DNA of 64,000 nucleotides from Candidatus Bathyarchaeota archaeon (GCA_963811105.1 CAWEPZ010000011.1:1216001-1280000); one strand, 5' to 3'; counted from the first letter of the stretch, positions 26,597 through 38,355 are shown. Numbers and translations are program-made. The notes: generated by a model not told the origin, from the sequence alone.

Positions 26597-27898
26597 ATCC
26601 GAGTAATCGCCGATCTGCATATTCACGGACGATATAGTCGAGCAACAAGCGAGCAAATGAACATTCCAGAAATTGCAAGGTTCTCAAAAATTAAAGGTTT
26701 AAACCTAGTAGGCACGGGTGACTTTACCCATCCTAAGTGGTTTAGAGAAATCAATGAAACCCTAACAGCTGAACATGACACAGGACTATTCAAGTTAACC
26801 AGAAATATGGATTCTCCTGTTCGCTTTATGCTTACAACCGAAGTTTGCACAATCTTCGATTATAAGGGCGAATCAAAGAAAGTTCACCACGTAATATTGA
26901 CCCACAGCATGGAGACCGCTCTTCAAATCAATGAGCGACTTAGAAGCTATGGCGATTTATCTTCAGATGGAAGACCGATCCTAAACATAGCCGCTCCACA
27001 ACTCGTTGAACAAGTAATGGCTGTGTCAAGCGGCAACATGGTTTTTCCAGCCCACGCTTGGACACCGTGGTTTAGCATTTTCGGAGCTTTCAGCGGCTTT
27101 GATACTGTTGAAGACTGCTACCAAGACATGACAAAGCATATCCACGCCCTAGAAACAGGGCTCTCTTCTGACCCTGCAATGAACTGGCGAATAAGCAATC
27201 TAGACCGATTTGCGTTGGTTTCAAATAGTGATTGCCACAGTTTTTGGCCATGGAGAATAGGCAGAGAAGCCAACGTTTTCGAACTAGAAAAGTTCAGTTA
27301 CCAAGAAGTTACAGAGGCTATAAAAAGCAATAATCCAACGCATTTCAAGTTCACTATTGAAACAGATCCAGCCTATGGCAAATACCATTGGACGGGACAC
27401 CGCAACTGCAAAATATCACTTGCACCACGCGATGCAATTAGATTTGGCAATATTTGCCCAGTTTGCCGAAGAAAACTCACCAAAGGCGTAGAACAACGCG
27501 TAGAAGAACTGGCAGACCGCCCCCCCGATTTCAAACGTGAAGGTGTCCCAGGGTTTTTGCGGTTGCTTCCACTATCCGAAATAATTGCGGCGGTATTAGC
27601 TGCTGATTCGCCCTCGACGCAGGCAGTTTGGAAAAACTATAATTCACTAGTTGAGAATTTTGGCGATGAATACACCGTTCTGATTGATTCGCCTTTTGAG
27701 GCTTTAGCAGCTGTTGTAGATGCGCCGATTGCCCAAGCCATCGTTAAAGTTAGAAACGGCACAGCCAAAGTCACACCAGGATACGATGGCGTTTATGGGC
27801 AACTGGATTTAGGCGTTGAAGTCCCAGCGGCTAAACCTAAACCAACCCATGCAGCATCGGTTAAGCAGACAAATATAGCTGATTTTTTTAGGAAATAA
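26597..27898 (+). CDS. Endonuclease Q family (PHP domain, Zn finger, PIP box); apparent ATC start
   Basis: IRVIADLHIHGRYS upstream of first ATG; GTGDFTHP, PAHAWTPW, ETGLSSD, GKYH.TGHR.C, CPVC, PGYDGVYG, terminal QTNIADFF. Confidence 0.9.
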   Translation: MRVIADLHIHGRYSRATSEQMNIPEIARFSKIKGLNLVGTGDFTHPKWFREINETLTAEHDTGLFKLTRNMDSPVRFMLTTEVCTIFDYKGESKKVHHVILTHSMETALQINERLRSYGDLSSDGRPILNIAAPQLVEQVMAVSSGNMVFPAHAWTPWFSIFGAFSGFDTVEDCYQDMTKHIHALETGLSSDPAMNWRISNLDRFALVSNSDCHSFWPWRIGREANVFELEKFSYQEVTEAIKSNNPTHFKFTIETDPAYGKYHWTGHRNCKISLAPRDAIRFGNICPVCRRKLTKGVEQRVEELADRPPDFKREGVPGFLRLLPLSEIIAAVLAADSPSTQAVWKNYNSLVENFGDEYTVLIDSPFEALAAVVDAPIAQAIVKVRNGTAKVTPGYDGVYGQLDLGVEVPAAKPKPTHAASVKQTNIADFFRK

Positions 27899-27996
27899 TC
27901 AATTTAGTGTTTTTTTGGCAATGAGAGGAACAAAATGATTTAATTCCTTCAAAGAAATCTAGATAAAAACGTTTAGCTTTACAGGATAGAGTACTC

Positions 27997-29382
27997 TTGA
28001 AAGACCTTCTAACCAAAATCAACAACATAGCCACCCAAAAATTCGGAGCCCAATACGCTGAAGCCCGAGCCCAAAAACTCTTCAAAACAATTCTAACCCT
28101 AAAAGAGAAACGTGTAGAAACCACCAAGCAGGGCATTGAAAACGGCGTTGCATTGCGTGTGCTTGTCAACGGCGCTTGGGGTTTTGCTTCTGTGGGCACT
28201 TTGGATAATGATATTTTGGAGGGCGCAGTTTCGGATGCTTGTAGAATGGCTAAGATGGCTAGTTTGCGGCTGAAGACACCAATTAAACTTGCCAATGCCA
28301 AAGTGGTTGAAGGCCGCGTTGTGTTGAAACCGAAAAAGAACCCGGCAGATGTATCTGTGGAGGATAAAATAAAGACCGCATTGACAGTAACGAAGGCTGG
28401 CTTGCGTTTTGATAAGCGCGTTAAGAGCTGTACAGTAGATTATTTTGATTTGACTGGGACAAGCTTTTTTGTGAACAGCGACGGCACCAGCATAGAGCAG
28501 GACAAGTTGTACGTTTGGGCTCGAATAACCGCTTCAGCATTAAGCGAGGGTGTCTACACTTTTAGCCGAGAAGAAATAGGCTCCACAACAGGCTACGAAA
28601 TATTTGACGAGCAGCTTCCCGAAGTGCTTGGTAAAAAAGTTGCAAAACGAGCTACCGAACAATTAAACGCTAAATCGCCAAAAGGAGGAACACTACCAGT
28701 TGTTTTAGGTCCAAGCGTCGTAGGGGTTTTTGTTCATGAAGCATTTGGACATCTGGCTGAAGCTGATTTAGCCCTATCAGGCGGTATATTAGCGGACAAC
28801 ATGGGAAAGAAAATCGGGTCAGACTTAGTAACATTTTATGATGATGGTACAATCGAAGGAGCTTTTGGTGCCTTCAAATATGACGACGAAGGAGTTCCAA
28901 CCCAGAAAACGCTTCTCATAAATAACGGAGTTGTTACTGGGTTGATGCATAACCGTGAGACCGCCCAAAAATTCAATGTTGAAGCCACAGGCAACGCAAG
29001 AGCTGAAGATTTCCGTGTGGAACCAATTATCCGTATGCGTTGCACTTACATGTCGCCAAGAGATCATTCTTTTGAAGAACTGATTGAAAATGTGAAAGCA
29101 GGGTATTACTTTAAGAGTTTTAGAGGTGGGCAAGCTAATCTTGATGGCACGTTCCAGGTTGGCATACAAGAAGGTTACGAAATAGTGAACGGAGAAATAG
29201 GCGTACCAATCCGTGATGCATCAATAAGCGGCAACACCCTTGAAACTTTACATAAGGTTGATGCGGTTGGAAAAGATTTCCAGTTAGATCAGGGAAGATG
29301 CGGGAAAGGCCAAACAGCCTTCATCAGTGATGGTGGACCACATATTAGAATTAAAGAGGTAGTTGTTGGTGGCAGTTCTTAA
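27997..29382 (+). CDS. tldD: TldD metalloprotease subunit
   Basis: HEAFGH, DDEG, GNAR, RM, CGKGQ. Confidence 0.9.
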   Translation: MKDLLTKINNIATQKFGAQYAEARAQKLFKTILTLKEKRVETTKQGIENGVALRVLVNGAWGFASVGTLDNDILEGAVSDACRMAKMASLRLKTPIKLANAKVVEGRVVLKPKKNPADVSVEDKIKTALTVTKAGLRFDKRVKSCTVDYFDLTGTSFFVNSDGTSIEQDKLYVWARITASALSEGVYTFSREEIGSTTGYEIFDEQLPEVLGKKVAKRATEQLNAKSPKGGTLPVVLGPSVVGVFVHEAFGHLAEADLALSGGILADNMGKKIGSDLVTFYDDGTIEGAFGAFKYDDEGVPTQKTLLINNGVVTGLMHNRETAQKFNVEATGNARAEDFRVEPIIRMRCTYMSPRDHSFEELIENVKAGYYFKSFRGGQANLDGTFQVGIQEGYEIVNGEIGVPIRDASISGNTLETLHKVDAVGKDFQLDQGRCGKGQTAFISDGGPHIRIKEVVVGGSS

Positions 29383-29392
29383 AAAAGAAGCA

Positions 29393-30736
29393 ATGGTAAA
29401 TTTGGCTGACGACGCAGTAGATTTAGCAGTAAGAAAAGGAGCCTCTGAAGCTGAAGCTTATGTTTACGAAGGGCAAGCAACAAACATCGGCATCGAACTA
29501 GGACAAATCAGCAAAACCAACAGGATAATTGACAGAGGCTTAGGCGTGAGAGTAGCCATAAACAAAGCGGTAGGATTCGCGTACACAAATATGGTCGATG
29601 AACTAAACGCGGTTGAAAGGGTGATTGGTAGGGCTTTGAGTGCTGCAAAAGCAAGCAAACCTGACCCAGATTGGAAGGGTCTGGCACAAAAGAAGCCTTA
29701 CGCTTCTCCTGAGAACACTTTTGACGATAAAGTTATTGATCTCAGCTCGGAAGAACTGGTTAATATAGCTGCAACAATGCTGGACGCCGCAAGCCAAGTG
29801 GATAAACGTGTTTTTCCAATTGAAGGCGGAATAGGAAGCGCTTACATTTCCAATGCCATCGCCAACTCGAACGACATCACAGGTTTTGATAAAGGCACAG
29901 TTATTGAATGCAGTATAGCAACAGTAGCTAAGGAAGCCAACTCCGTTACACCGGTATGCTTCGAGTTCAATGCCTCAAGAAACTACAATATTGATGCAAA
30001 TTGGGTTGGAAAAGAAGCCGCGAAAATGGCGCTTTCAGCATTGAAAACAAAACCAGTTGAATCTAAATCTTCTACACTCATTTTGACTCAATTTGCCCTC
30101 CAAGACCTTCTTGCGTACACGCTGACTAACGCTGTTAGAGCCGATAATGTACAGAGGAATCAGTCACCCTTTAAGGATAAACTTGGAGAAAAAGTGGCTT
30201 CAAAAAACCTCACTATCTATGATGACGGCTTATTCCCCGGTGGATTGCGTACATGGGCTTTTGACGGCGAAGGAGTACCACATCAAAAAACAACAGTCAT
30301 AGAGAAAGGAATACTTCACAATTTCCTATACGATAACTATTCGGCAAAAAAAGAAGGGAAAGAAAGCACTGGAAACGCTGGCAGAGCAGGATACCTCTCG
30401 ACACCCAGCATTGACACCACAAACTTCCACATTATGCCAGGAAATAAGAACTCCGACCAAATGTTGAGCGAAGTGGACGACGGATTAATAATCTATTACC
30501 TGCAGGGTGCGCACAGCAGCAATCCAGTCAGCGGCGAATTCTCTGTTGTTGCAACCCCAGCTTGGAAAATAAAGAAAGGCGAAATAGTTCATTGCAGTCG
30601 AGGTGTAATGTTAGCAGGCAACATTTTCGAAGTACTCAAAAATGTTAGTGTAGTAGGTAGTAATGAGCGGCAGATGGGCCAGTTGATATCGCCGTGGATT
30701 CAAGTTGAAAATGTACGAGTGATCGGAAAGAGTTAA
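29393..30736 (+). CDS. pmbA: PmbA/TldE subunit
   Basis: [18 protein letters not shown]; lacks HExxxH; follows tldD. Confidence 0.9.
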   Translation: MVNLADDAVDLAVRKGASEAEAYVYEGQATNIGIELGQISKTNRIIDRGLGVRVAINKAVGFAYTNMVDELNAVERVIGRALSAAKASKPDPDWKGLAQKKPYASPENTFDDKVIDLSSEELVNIAATMLDAASQVDKRVFPIEGGIGSAYISNAIANSNDITGFDKGTVIECSIATVAKEANSVTPVCFEFNASRNYNIDANWVGKEAAKMALSALKTKPVESKSSTLILTQFALQDLLAYTLTNAVRADNVQRNQSPFKDKLGEKVASKNLTIYDDGLFPGGLRTWAFDGEGVPHQKTTVIEKGILHNFLYDNYSAKKEGKESTGNAGRAGYLSTPSIDTTNFHIMPGNKNSDQMLSEVDDGLIIYYLQGAHSSNPVSGEFSVVATPAWKIKKGEIVHCSRGVMLAGNIFEVLKNVSVVGSNERQMGQLISPWIQVENVRVIGKS

Positions 30737-31938
30737 GCCCAAAAACTTTTTGAATATTCGCCTAAAACGCCCTCGTAAAGACGTTTAGTTTGTTGAGCGA
30801 TTCTTTCCCAATCGTATTTTTCTTGAACTGCTCTGTAAGCGTTTTCTCTAATGCGTTTTCGGTAATCTTCATCAATCAAAACCTTTGTTATTCCCCAGGC
30901 TAAGGAGTCAGGATTATTCGGGTACACTTTAACTCCTGTTACGTCATGCTCGATGATTTCTGATAAGCCCCCAGTGTCGGATGCGACGACTGGACTTTTC
31001 GCCGCCATGGCTTCTAATGCAACAATTCCGAATGGTTCGAAAAGCGATGGAACGACGGATACGTCAGAACATTTCTGAAGTTTAATTAAAGTTGGTTCAT
31101 CCAAAAAACCTTCAAACAGGACTTTATGTTCAAGCCCCATGCTGCGGACAATGTTTAGTAGTTGTTCTTTCATGTAGCCGCTACCAACAATTATGAATTT
31201 AGCGTTGACCTTTTGTAAAATCTTGGGAACTGCATTAATCAATACATGAATTCCCTTTTCGTAAACTAGTCTTCCGACAAAGAGCACTATTTTTTCTTCT
31301 GGCAAGGCATACTTGCTCCTGAAACCGATTAAATCATCGTCAGAGCTGTCATAACAATGAACGTTTACGCCATTTGGAACCATCACAAGCTTATCGTTTG
31401 GAAGCCCGAAAGCCCATCTAACGTGTGAAATCATGTAGTTGCTACAGCAGATTACTCTCCATGCTTCATAGGTTAACCAAGCTTCAGTTTCATGAATCAT
31501 TTTTTCAGTTGTTGTGTGTAATCCATCTCTTCTACCTATTTCGGTTGAATGCATAGTTACTAAAAGGGGTTTTCGAAAAATATGTTTGAGTCCTATACCC
31601 GCGTTTGCAACTAACCAGTCGTGTGCGTGAAAAACATCTATTTCGTTTCCAATTTTTCTGGCCATGGCAGCCGTTTCTTTTTGCATATTCAGGTTCATTA
31701 AGTAAACCCAAGAAGCAAAATCAGGTGCAGGATTTTTGTAAGAGTCAATACGGTATACTTCTACCCCATCTATTACTTCATGCGAGGGTGTGTCTGGAAA
31801 ATCGCAGGTTACGACATAAACCTTAACGCCTTGTTTAGCTAAACTTTTTGATAAAAAGTAAACGTGAGGCGATATACCACCGATTACTCTTGGGGGAAAT
31901 TCCCAGCTAAGCATCATTACGGTTAAGTCGTTTTTCAT
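30733..31938 (-). CDS. GT4 glycosyltransferase
   Basis: [33 protein letters not shown]. Confidence 0.9.
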   Translation of the reverse strand: MKNDLTVMMLSWEFPPRVIGGISPHVYFLSKSLAKQGVKVYVVTCDFPDTPSHEVIDGVEVYRIDSYKNPAPDFASWVYLMNLNMQKETAAMARKIGNEIDVFHAHDWLVANAGIGLKHIFRKPLLVTMHSTEIGRRDGLHTTTEKMIHETEAWLTYEAWRVICCSNYMISHVRWAFGLPNDKLVMVPNGVNVHCYDSSDDDLIGFRSKYALPEEKIVLFVGRLVYEKGIHVLINAVPKILQKVNAKFIIVGSGYMKEQLLNIVRSMGLEHKVLFEGFLDEPTLIKLQKCSDVSVVPSLFEPFGIVALEAMAAKSPVVASDTGGLSEIIEHDVTGVKVYPNNPDSLAWGITKVLIDEDYRKRIRENAYRAVQEKYDWERIAQQTKRLYEGVLGEYSKSFWA

Positions 31939-32561
31939 TCGTTCTTTAAACCTCCAGTCACGATTTTGTATAGATTAAGAACGCCCATTAACCAGGAATT
32001 TGGTTCTGTGGAAATAACGACTATTTTTTCTTTGGGGACTTTGTAAATTCTAACAATCTCATCCCGCATCCACTCAGATTTAACGCTGATTTTTTTTGCT
32101 TCGTAACAACCCAACCATTCAATACTTTCTATTGCCATATTATATGGAGTATTTAGAGCCTTTGACCTATGATCTTCTAGGCTTTCTACGGAATAAACGA
32201 ACGGTATTCCAAGTCCACTTTTTAAGGTGACTGCTGCTGGAATGAAATGCCAATCATAAACGTCTATGAGGTCAATTTGTTTGTCGGCCTGATAGTAAAT
32301 GTTGGCTGCCGCTCTTTCAATTTCTTGGTTTAATGTTAAAACCCACGTTAAAACCCCGACATGAGTTCGAACAGGGTTTGATACCCTTACGGTTTTTACT
32401 CCTGTGGGCTCTTGCTCTACACCAGTTATATGATCATTATAGGTTACAACGTTAACCTCTACATTTTTGGTAGCCAGTTGAGTCGATAGGGCTTTTATGT
32501 ATTCAGAGAGTTTGCCCACCACTCTTGGCGGGTACTCCCATGAGAAAATAACTATACGCAT
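31935..32561 (-). CDS. GT4 N-terminal-domain-only protein
   Basis: WEYPPRVVG, DW, homologous to the N-half of its neighbour; no C-terminal EPFG domain; stop overlaps next start. Confidence 0.75.
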   Translation of the reverse strand: MRIVIFSWEYPPRVVGKLSEYIKALSTQLATKNVEVNVVTYNDHITGVEQEPTGVKTVRVSNPVRTHVGVLTWVLTLNQEIERAAANIYYQADKQIDLIDVYDWHFIPAAVTLKSGLGIPFVYSVESLEDHRSKALNTPYNMAIESIEWLGCYEAKKISVKSEWMRDEIVRIYKVPKEKIVVISTEPNSWLMGVLNLYKIVTGGLKNE

Positions 32562-32568
32562 GGTCCCA

Positions 32569-32820
32569 CTACGTGAAAAGCGAGCAGACCTTAATTATTC
32601 CTCTTGCATTAAGATAATACCGTTTTTTTCCCTCATTATCAACGAAGCTTTCAGCGAAACCCTCAGACTTGTACGTGTCCAAAATGTTTTCAATCTCATT
32701 TGGGTCTTTCTCCATGAGTCTCGCTACTTCCTCGCCTCTTCTTGCCAAATCAGCAGCTGTGGCACATAAATTATGGAGGGTTTGCAGCACCTTATCAGGG
32801 TATGGAAGCTCGTCTCTCAT
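32569..32820 (-). CDS. Small winged-helix protein
   Basis: Helix-turn-helix-wing pattern ending KRYYLNARGI. Confidence 0.55.
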   Translation of the reverse strand: MRDELPYPDKVLQTLHNLCATAADLARRGEEVARLMEKDPNEIENILDTYKSEGFAESFVDNEGKKRYYLNARGIIKVCSLFT

Positions 32821-32885
32821 TTTAACGCACCTAACCGTGAAAACAACACGGCAACTTATCTTATAAACGCATACCTGATATCTTC

Positions 32886-34433
32886 CTAAAAAAGCTGAGT
32901 TGCAGTCTGAATTTGTTTATTTAAGATGACATACCGCTTTTTTGAGAAATCAAGCATTGTTTTTCTTAGAGTTTCACCTTCTTGTTCTGAAGCCTTTATC
33001 TCTCTGAAGTCTGACGCTAGTTTTTGGTACTTAAGCGAGTTTTGAGCCCAGCTTTCAAAGTCTCCATTATAAACGTGAAATTCTATGGCTTTAATGTTAA
33101 CTTCTTTGATTGCTTTATTAAATCCTTTTAGGCTCCAAGCCATGATTCCGGTGTAATATTCTTTTCCAAAACCAGTATAGAATAGAAAAGGCTCGTTAGC
33201 CGTTAATATCGTCATCCTTACCCTAGCTTCAAAATCGTTTAGAAGTGTTTGCGCTACCACAAATGCATCCATAGGTGATTCATATGGGCTAAAGTAAGTG
33301 TGAATTTCCCCAGGTCCACCGCCTGCGGTGAACATGTAGTACAAGTGGTCGCTTGTTTGGAAGTCACGCCAAAGCTTGAGAAAATCAGGATCATCCGCTT
33401 CTTTTACCAATGGCTCCAATCGCCTCAGTGTTGTATAGTATGCCCATTGCATCACGTTGCCAAGCCACCCCGATTGGTCTCGTTGGGTATCTGCCCAAGA
33501 AACAGTACCGCCTGCTTCAGGGACATCAATTTCTCCCGCGGGGGGATGCGTAGCCACAACTTCAGAGGGCGTTGCCATACTCAACTCCTTACAACGTAGT
33601 ATCTCTTCAGGAAGGTGTTGTAGGAAGCTATGTATACCTGTTTCGGGCCAGTGATGTTCGCCAAAGGTTTCATAGTCAGGGAATATTGTGATGCATTCGC
33701 CAGGTGTAGATGCTAACCAGCCTGCGTATTTATCTGCGGTCAGGGGCCATTCAGGCCACCATCGTGCTGAAAACCTAAACCCTATGTCATCTGTAAGTTT
33801 ATAATTACGCAACAATACGCGAATTTTCTTTGAGCCTTTTGGTGTGTAGATGTGGTTAGGTGATTTCTCGCCAAGGATTTTCTCTACGCCTTCAGTGTAA
33901 ATGCCTTTGTATCCTAAGGATTCAACGGTTTTAGCGATGGTATTGTTGTACAAAAGTTCGGTGTTTTCGAAAATTGTCGGTGTATAGCCAAGCAAGTCCT
34001 TTATGGTTTGCTTGTGCATTTTTACCTGTTCAATAAACTCTTCTTTGTCAGGGTATAGGCTGGCGATAGAATGATAGTAAGTCTGGTCTAAAAATTCAAC
34101 ACATCCCGTATTCGCTAGCTGCTTAAATGTGTCAAGGAGGTCCGGGGCAAACATTTCACATTGCTCAAGGAACACTCCCGACATACTAAATGATAATTTG
34201 ACCTTCTTACGGTCCCGCTTGTGCTTGTCCGCCAGGTCAAGCAGTATCTGATTCGAAGGAAAATAACATTTACGTGCAGCACGATTAAAGATTTCACGGT
34301 CAACCTCATGGTCAAAATAATAACTGAATAATTCTTCCTTTTTTAAGCGTCTGAAAACTTTGCCTTCCCAAAATAAGTTCCGCTTAAGCCTATGAGGCTG
34401 GTGAACCTCAAAGACAAACACAACATCGGTCAT
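32886..34433 (-). CDS. GH57 alpha-amylase-like glycoside hydrolase with C-terminal DUF5752-like domain
   Basis: FEVHQP, QTYYHS, NTEL (nucleophile), DYETFGEH (acid/base), SWAD, TSDHLYYM. Confidence 0.9.
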   Translation of the reverse strand: MTDVVFVFEVHQPHRLKRNLFWEGKVFRRLKKEELFSYYFDHEVDREIFNRAARKCYFPSNQILLDLADKHKRDRKKVKLSFSMSGVFLEQCEMFAPDLLDTFKQLANTGCVEFLDQTYYHSIASLYPDKEEFIEQVKMHKQTIKDLLGYTPTIFENTELLYNNTIAKTVESLGYKGIYTEGVEKILGEKSPNHIYTPKGSKKIRVLLRNYKLTDDIGFRFSARWWPEWPLTADKYAGWLASTPGECITIFPDYETFGEHHWPETGIHSFLQHLPEEILRCKELSMATPSEVVATHPPAGEIDVPEAGGTVSWADTQRDQSGWLGNVMQWAYYTTLRRLEPLVKEADDPDFLKLWRDFQTSDHLYYMFTAGGGPGEIHTYFSPYESPMDAFVVAQTLLNDFEARVRMTILTANEPFLFYTGFGKEYYTGIMAWSLKGFNKAIKEVNIKAIEFHVYNGDFESWAQNSLKYQKLASDFREIKASEQEGETLRKTMLDFSKKRYVILNKQIQTATQLF

Positions 34434-34655
34434 AAATTTCAGCCTCTAAGCAGAATATTAAGAACCACATTTATTTCTAATTTGCCTTTTATAGAATAAA
34501 AATGCTTTTCACCTCTAACGATACTTAATCATTTTACCGGTCGAATTTAGCAAAGTTTAATCAGTTGTTGCTATTCCCTTGAATCATTGATTAGATTGCA
34601 TTTTAACGTAAGTCTTATATTACAAAACCTAATTTAGTGTCCGTTGTGACCTCAG

Positions 34656-35726
34656 ATGGCTCAAACTAGACCTCCATTGTACATGGTTACTTGGCGTTGT
34701 ACTCGAAGATGTGTAGGGAACTGCGTCTATTGCAGTTATGTTCCCAAATTTGCTAAAGACAGCGAGGTGGACACTGCTACAGGTAAAGAAATTGTAGATC
34801 AAATGTATGATTTTGGTGCAAAATGGTTCGGTATTAGCGGTGGCGAACCATTAGTCAGGGAAGACATTTTTGAAGTTATTGCACACGCTAAAGAGATTGG
34901 GATGGAAGTTAGCTTAATTACAAGCGGCTTCGCTTTTGATCAAAAACGTTTAGACAACCTTGCAAAGTATGACGTTCATACAGCAGTCAGCATAGATGGT
35001 AACAGAGAAGCAAACGACAAGATTAGAGGACAAGGAAGTTATGACAAAGCCATTTTTGCTATGAAGAAACTTTCAGAAAAAGGCTTGCTGGACTGCATCG
35101 TAACAACTATGACCAAATACAACATTAACTCACTAGAACATACTTGTGAATTAGCGGCTGAATTTGGCGGCAAAATGGTTGTTTACCACAATCTTGTACC
35201 AGTGGGAAGAGCGAGCGATAACATGGTTGATTTAGCACCCACAGCTGACCAATACGAGGTAGCACTAAACAACCTTTACGACTACGAACAAAAATACTCG
35301 CACAACAAATCAAACAAAAAGTTCAGAGTTAACGTTTACTCACCATTCTACGCAAGAATTGTAAAGCAAAGAAACCCAAGTAAATTCTGGGATTGGTTCA
35401 CCAATGACTTCCTAGGCAAATGCACCATTGGCGGAGACTACATCGGTGTCACAGAAAACGGTGACTTCAGACCCTGCGGCTTCCATGAAGGATACAGACT
35501 GGCAAACATAAAAGACAAAGGCTTGAAGCAAACCTGGGAGGAACTCCAACGCAACGAATTACATCTCAAACTCAGAGACAGAACTAACTTGAAAGGCAGA
35601 TGCGGCGTTTGTGAGTACCGAGAAATCTGTGGCGGATGCAGAACACGCGCTGAATTCTACACGGGCGACCTGTTCGAATCAGACCCAGCCTGCAGCTATA
35701 TACCCAAATTGCTACGTGAGAAATGA
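34656..35726 (+). CDS. Radical SAM/SPASM domain protein
   Basis: CVGNCVYC, SGGEPL; SPASM CTIG...PC...CGVCEYREICGGCR..A...DPAC. Confidence 0.9.
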   Translation: MAQTRPPLYMVTWRCTRRCVGNCVYCSYVPKFAKDSEVDTATGKEIVDQMYDFGAKWFGISGGEPLVREDIFEVIAHAKEIGMEVSLITSGFAFDQKRLDNLAKYDVHTAVSIDGNREANDKIRGQGSYDKAIFAMKKLSEKGLLDCIVTTMTKYNINSLEHTCELAAEFGGKMVVYHNLVPVGRASDNMVDLAPTADQYEVALNNLYDYEQKYSHNKSNKKFRVNVYSPFYARIVKQRNPSKFWDWFTNDFLGKCTIGGDYIGVTENGDFRPCGFHEGYRLANIKDKGLKQTWEELQRNELHLKLRDRTNLKGRCGVCEYREICGGCRTRAEFYTGDLFESDPACSYIPKLLREK

Positions 35727-35811
35727 TCGCCTAATTTTTTCTTTATTTTTCCCTTTATCGTAAAGTTAAATAGCTAATTTATTAGTTAGAGATTTACTTC
35801 GTGTGAGAACA

Positions 35812-37101
35812 ATGTTAGATATCAAGCTTATCCGCGAGAATCCTGAACTAGTAAGAAATAATTTGGCAAAGCGTGGCAATCCTCAATGCATCCAGATGCT
35901 GGAGGATTTAATCGCTGTAGACAGAGAATGGCGGTTGAACCTTACGAAATTGAACGAGTTGCGACACCAGCGAAAACAAGTAACCATAGAAATTGCCAAA
36001 CTGAAAAAAGCCGCCAAGGAAGCCGACGACGAAGTCCGCAAAGCGCAAGATGTCGATGTTAAAATAAAAGATATCGAAAAAAACGTAACTTTGGAAGAAG
36101 AGAAAACCCATGATTACCTCATGCGACTTCCGAATCTATTAGACGAGACTGTTCCGTTTGGAAAAGATTCCAACGACAATGTTCAAATAAAAACATGGGG
36201 TACAATCCCACAATTTAATTTTCCGGCAAGAAATCACATCGATTTAGCTTTGGATTTAGGACAAATTGACATGGAAAGGGCTGGAAAAATCTCCGGCGCA
36301 AGATTCTTCTACCTAAAAGATCAAGTGGCCTTGTTAGATTTGGCATTGATGAGTTTTGCAATTGAGAAACTAGTAAAAAAAGGTTATACCCCGATTATTC
36401 CGCCTTACTTGATGAAGCGTGAAGCCTATGAAGGAGTAACCGCAATGGGCGATTTTGCTGAGGTGTTATATAAAGCGGAAAATGAAGATCTTTACTTGAT
36501 AGCTACTTCGGAGCATCCGATGGCTGCTATGTACATGAATGAAGTGTTAAAGGAACAGGATATGCCGTTGAAACTTGCAGGAATGAGTACTTGTTTTAGA
36601 AAAGAAGCTGGAGCACATGGCAAAGATACACGAGGAATATTCCGTACCCATCAATTCAATAAAATTGAGCAATTTATCTTTTGTAACCCAGAAGACTCAG
36701 CTAAACTGCATGAGGAACTGCTGCAGAACGCTGAGGAAGTGTTTCAAGAGCTTGGATTGGCATATCGAGTTGTCAATGTTTGTACAGGCGACATTGGAAC
36801 TGTAGCAGCCAAAAAATACGATATTGAAGCTTGGATGCCAGCGCAAAACGGCTACCGCGAGGTTGTTTCATGCAGTAACTGCACTGATTACCAAGGAAGA
36901 CGATTGGGAATTCGTTACAGGGAAAAAGAGGGAGCAGCACCAAAGGGTTTTGTTCACACCTTAAACTCGACAGCTGTAGCTACAGGTAGAACCATAGTTG
37001 CCATATTAGAGAATAATCAGCTAGAAGATGGAACAATTAACATACCAGAAGTATTAAGAAAATATATGGGAAACAGAATGAAAATAGACAGAAAACGCTA
37101 A
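35812..37101 (+). CDS. serS: Seryl-tRNA synthetase
   Basis: MLDIKLIR, ATSEH, FRKEAG, HQFNKIEQF, EVVSCSNCTDYQ, HTLNST. Confidence 0.97.
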   Translation: MLDIKLIRENPELVRNNLAKRGNPQCIQMLEDLIAVDREWRLNLTKLNELRHQRKQVTIEIAKLKKAAKEADDEVRKAQDVDVKIKDIEKNVTLEEEKTHDYLMRLPNLLDETVPFGKDSNDNVQIKTWGTIPQFNFPARNHIDLALDLGQIDMERAGKISGARFFYLKDQVALLDLALMSFAIEKLVKKGYTPIIPPYLMKREAYEGVTAMGDFAEVLYKAENEDLYLIATSEHPMAAMYMNEVLKEQDMPLKLAGMSTCFRKEAGAHGKDTRGIFRTHQFNKIEQFIFCNPEDSAKLHEELLQNAEEVFQELGLAYRVVNVCTGDIGTVAAKKYDIEAWMPAQNGYREVVSCSNCTDYQGRRLGIRYREKEGAAPKGFVHTLNSTAVATGRTIVAILENNQLEDGTINIPEVLRKYMGNRMKIDRKR

Positions 37102-37151
37102 AGCTTTTAATATTTCTATGAGAATGTTGAGGCACGTTTGGAGAAATAACT

Positions 37152-37787
37152 TTGTCTTCGAAAACTAAACATATTCGCGATAAATGGCGCGGAAAAGGAT
37201 GGTATATGGTAGTTGCACCATCCTTCTTTGGCAACGTTGAGTTAGGTGCTATCCCAGCTCAAGAACCACAACAATTAATCGGCAGAGTTGTTGAAGCCAC
37301 ATTATATGACATAACAGCTGATTTTTCGCATCACTTTTTGAAAATGTTTTTCCAAGTAAACGAAATTGACCAAAAAACCGCCAAAACACTTTTCAAAGGT
37401 CATGAATACTCACGAGATTACCTCAGAAGCTTGGTTAGAAGAAGAACCACAAAAGTTGATTCCTTAATCAACCTAACCACAAAGGACGGATACAAGCTCA
37501 GAATTGCAGTTTCAGCACTGACTCTTTCCAGAATAAAGACGTCACAAGAAAAAATCATACGCAAAATGATGGATAAAACAATCCATGAAAAAGCTAATGC
37601 ATTATCACTTGACCAGTTCGTTCAGGAAATGGTTCTTGGAAAAATCGCTTCAGACATCTACAATCAAGCTAAAGAGGTTGCACCGCTTAGGCACGTTGGC
37701 ATAAGAAAATCCAAATTACTTGCAGCACCAAAGACAGCGCCGGTTAAAGAAGCCCCTGTTCTACAAACTACAGAAGCTCAAGTATAA
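37152..37787 (+). CDS. rps3ae: 30S ribosomal protein S3Ae (eS1)
   Basis: DKW..K.WY...AP, GRVVE.TL.D, RDYLRSLVRR. Confidence 0.95.
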   Translation: MSSKTKHIRDKWRGKGWYMVVAPSFFGNVELGAIPAQEPQQLIGRVVEATLYDITADFSHHFLKMFFQVNEIDQKTAKTLFKGHEYSRDYLRSLVRRRTTKVDSLINLTTKDGYKLRIAVSALTLSRIKTSQEKIIRKMMDKTIHEKANALSLDQFVQEMVLGKIASDIYNQAKEVAPLRHVGIRKSKLLAAPKTAPVKEAPVLQTTEAQV

Positions 37788-37882
37788 CCTAACCTATTTT
37801 CTTTATCTTCTTTTCGTGGGGCAAAATACTTTAGAAGGCAATGGGAACTAAAATTCTTAGATAAACATTTGGAGCTACGTAA

Positions 37883-38341
37883 TTGTCAGCAAAAGCAGGA
37901 GTCCATGAGAAAGGAAAATTCACGGTTCAAGACACAATAAATAACATAAAAAAAGACCCCAACTACTATAAAGCTGGTGCAATAGGGCTTTTTATCGGCG
38001 TGGTTAGAGGAGAAACCTTTCAGGGAGAAAAAGTCGAAAAGCTCAAACTTGAAGCCTATGAGGAAAAAGCCAACCAAGTTCTGGGCAAAATATGTGATGA
38101 TTTATCTGAAAAGCCCGGAATTGTTAATGTTCAAATTCACCATTTACTCGGGGAATTCAACGTTGGAGAGGACCTTGTCTATGTTGCGGTTGCTGGTTCT
38201 CACCGAACTGATGTTTTTCCAGTCCTACGGGAAGCTGTAGAGAGATACAAAAGTGAAGCCCCAGTTTTCAAAAAAGAACACGTCAGAGATGAGAAAGGTT
38301 CTAAAGTTGAATATTGGGTTTCAGAAAAACACAACCATTGA
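37883..38341 (+). CDS. moaE: Molybdopterin synthase catalytic subunit
   Basis: GAI..F.G.VR, LEAY, HR...F, K...P.FKKE. Confidence 0.9.
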   Translation: MSAKAGVHEKGKFTVQDTINNIKKDPNYYKAGAIGLFIGVVRGETFQGEKVEKLKLEAYEEKANQVLGKICDDLSEKPGIVNVQIHHLLGEFNVGEDLVYVAVAGSHRTDVFPVLREAVERYKSEAPVFKKEHVRDEKGSKVEYWVSEKHNH

Positions 38342-38355
38342 TGGCATGAAAGACC

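Noticed and set aside
27997-35726. TldD/E plus SPASM radical SAM as a RiPP cluster
   Set aside because: Separated by an oppositely oriented glucan operon; no precursor peptide seen; TldD/E are widespread housekeeping genes
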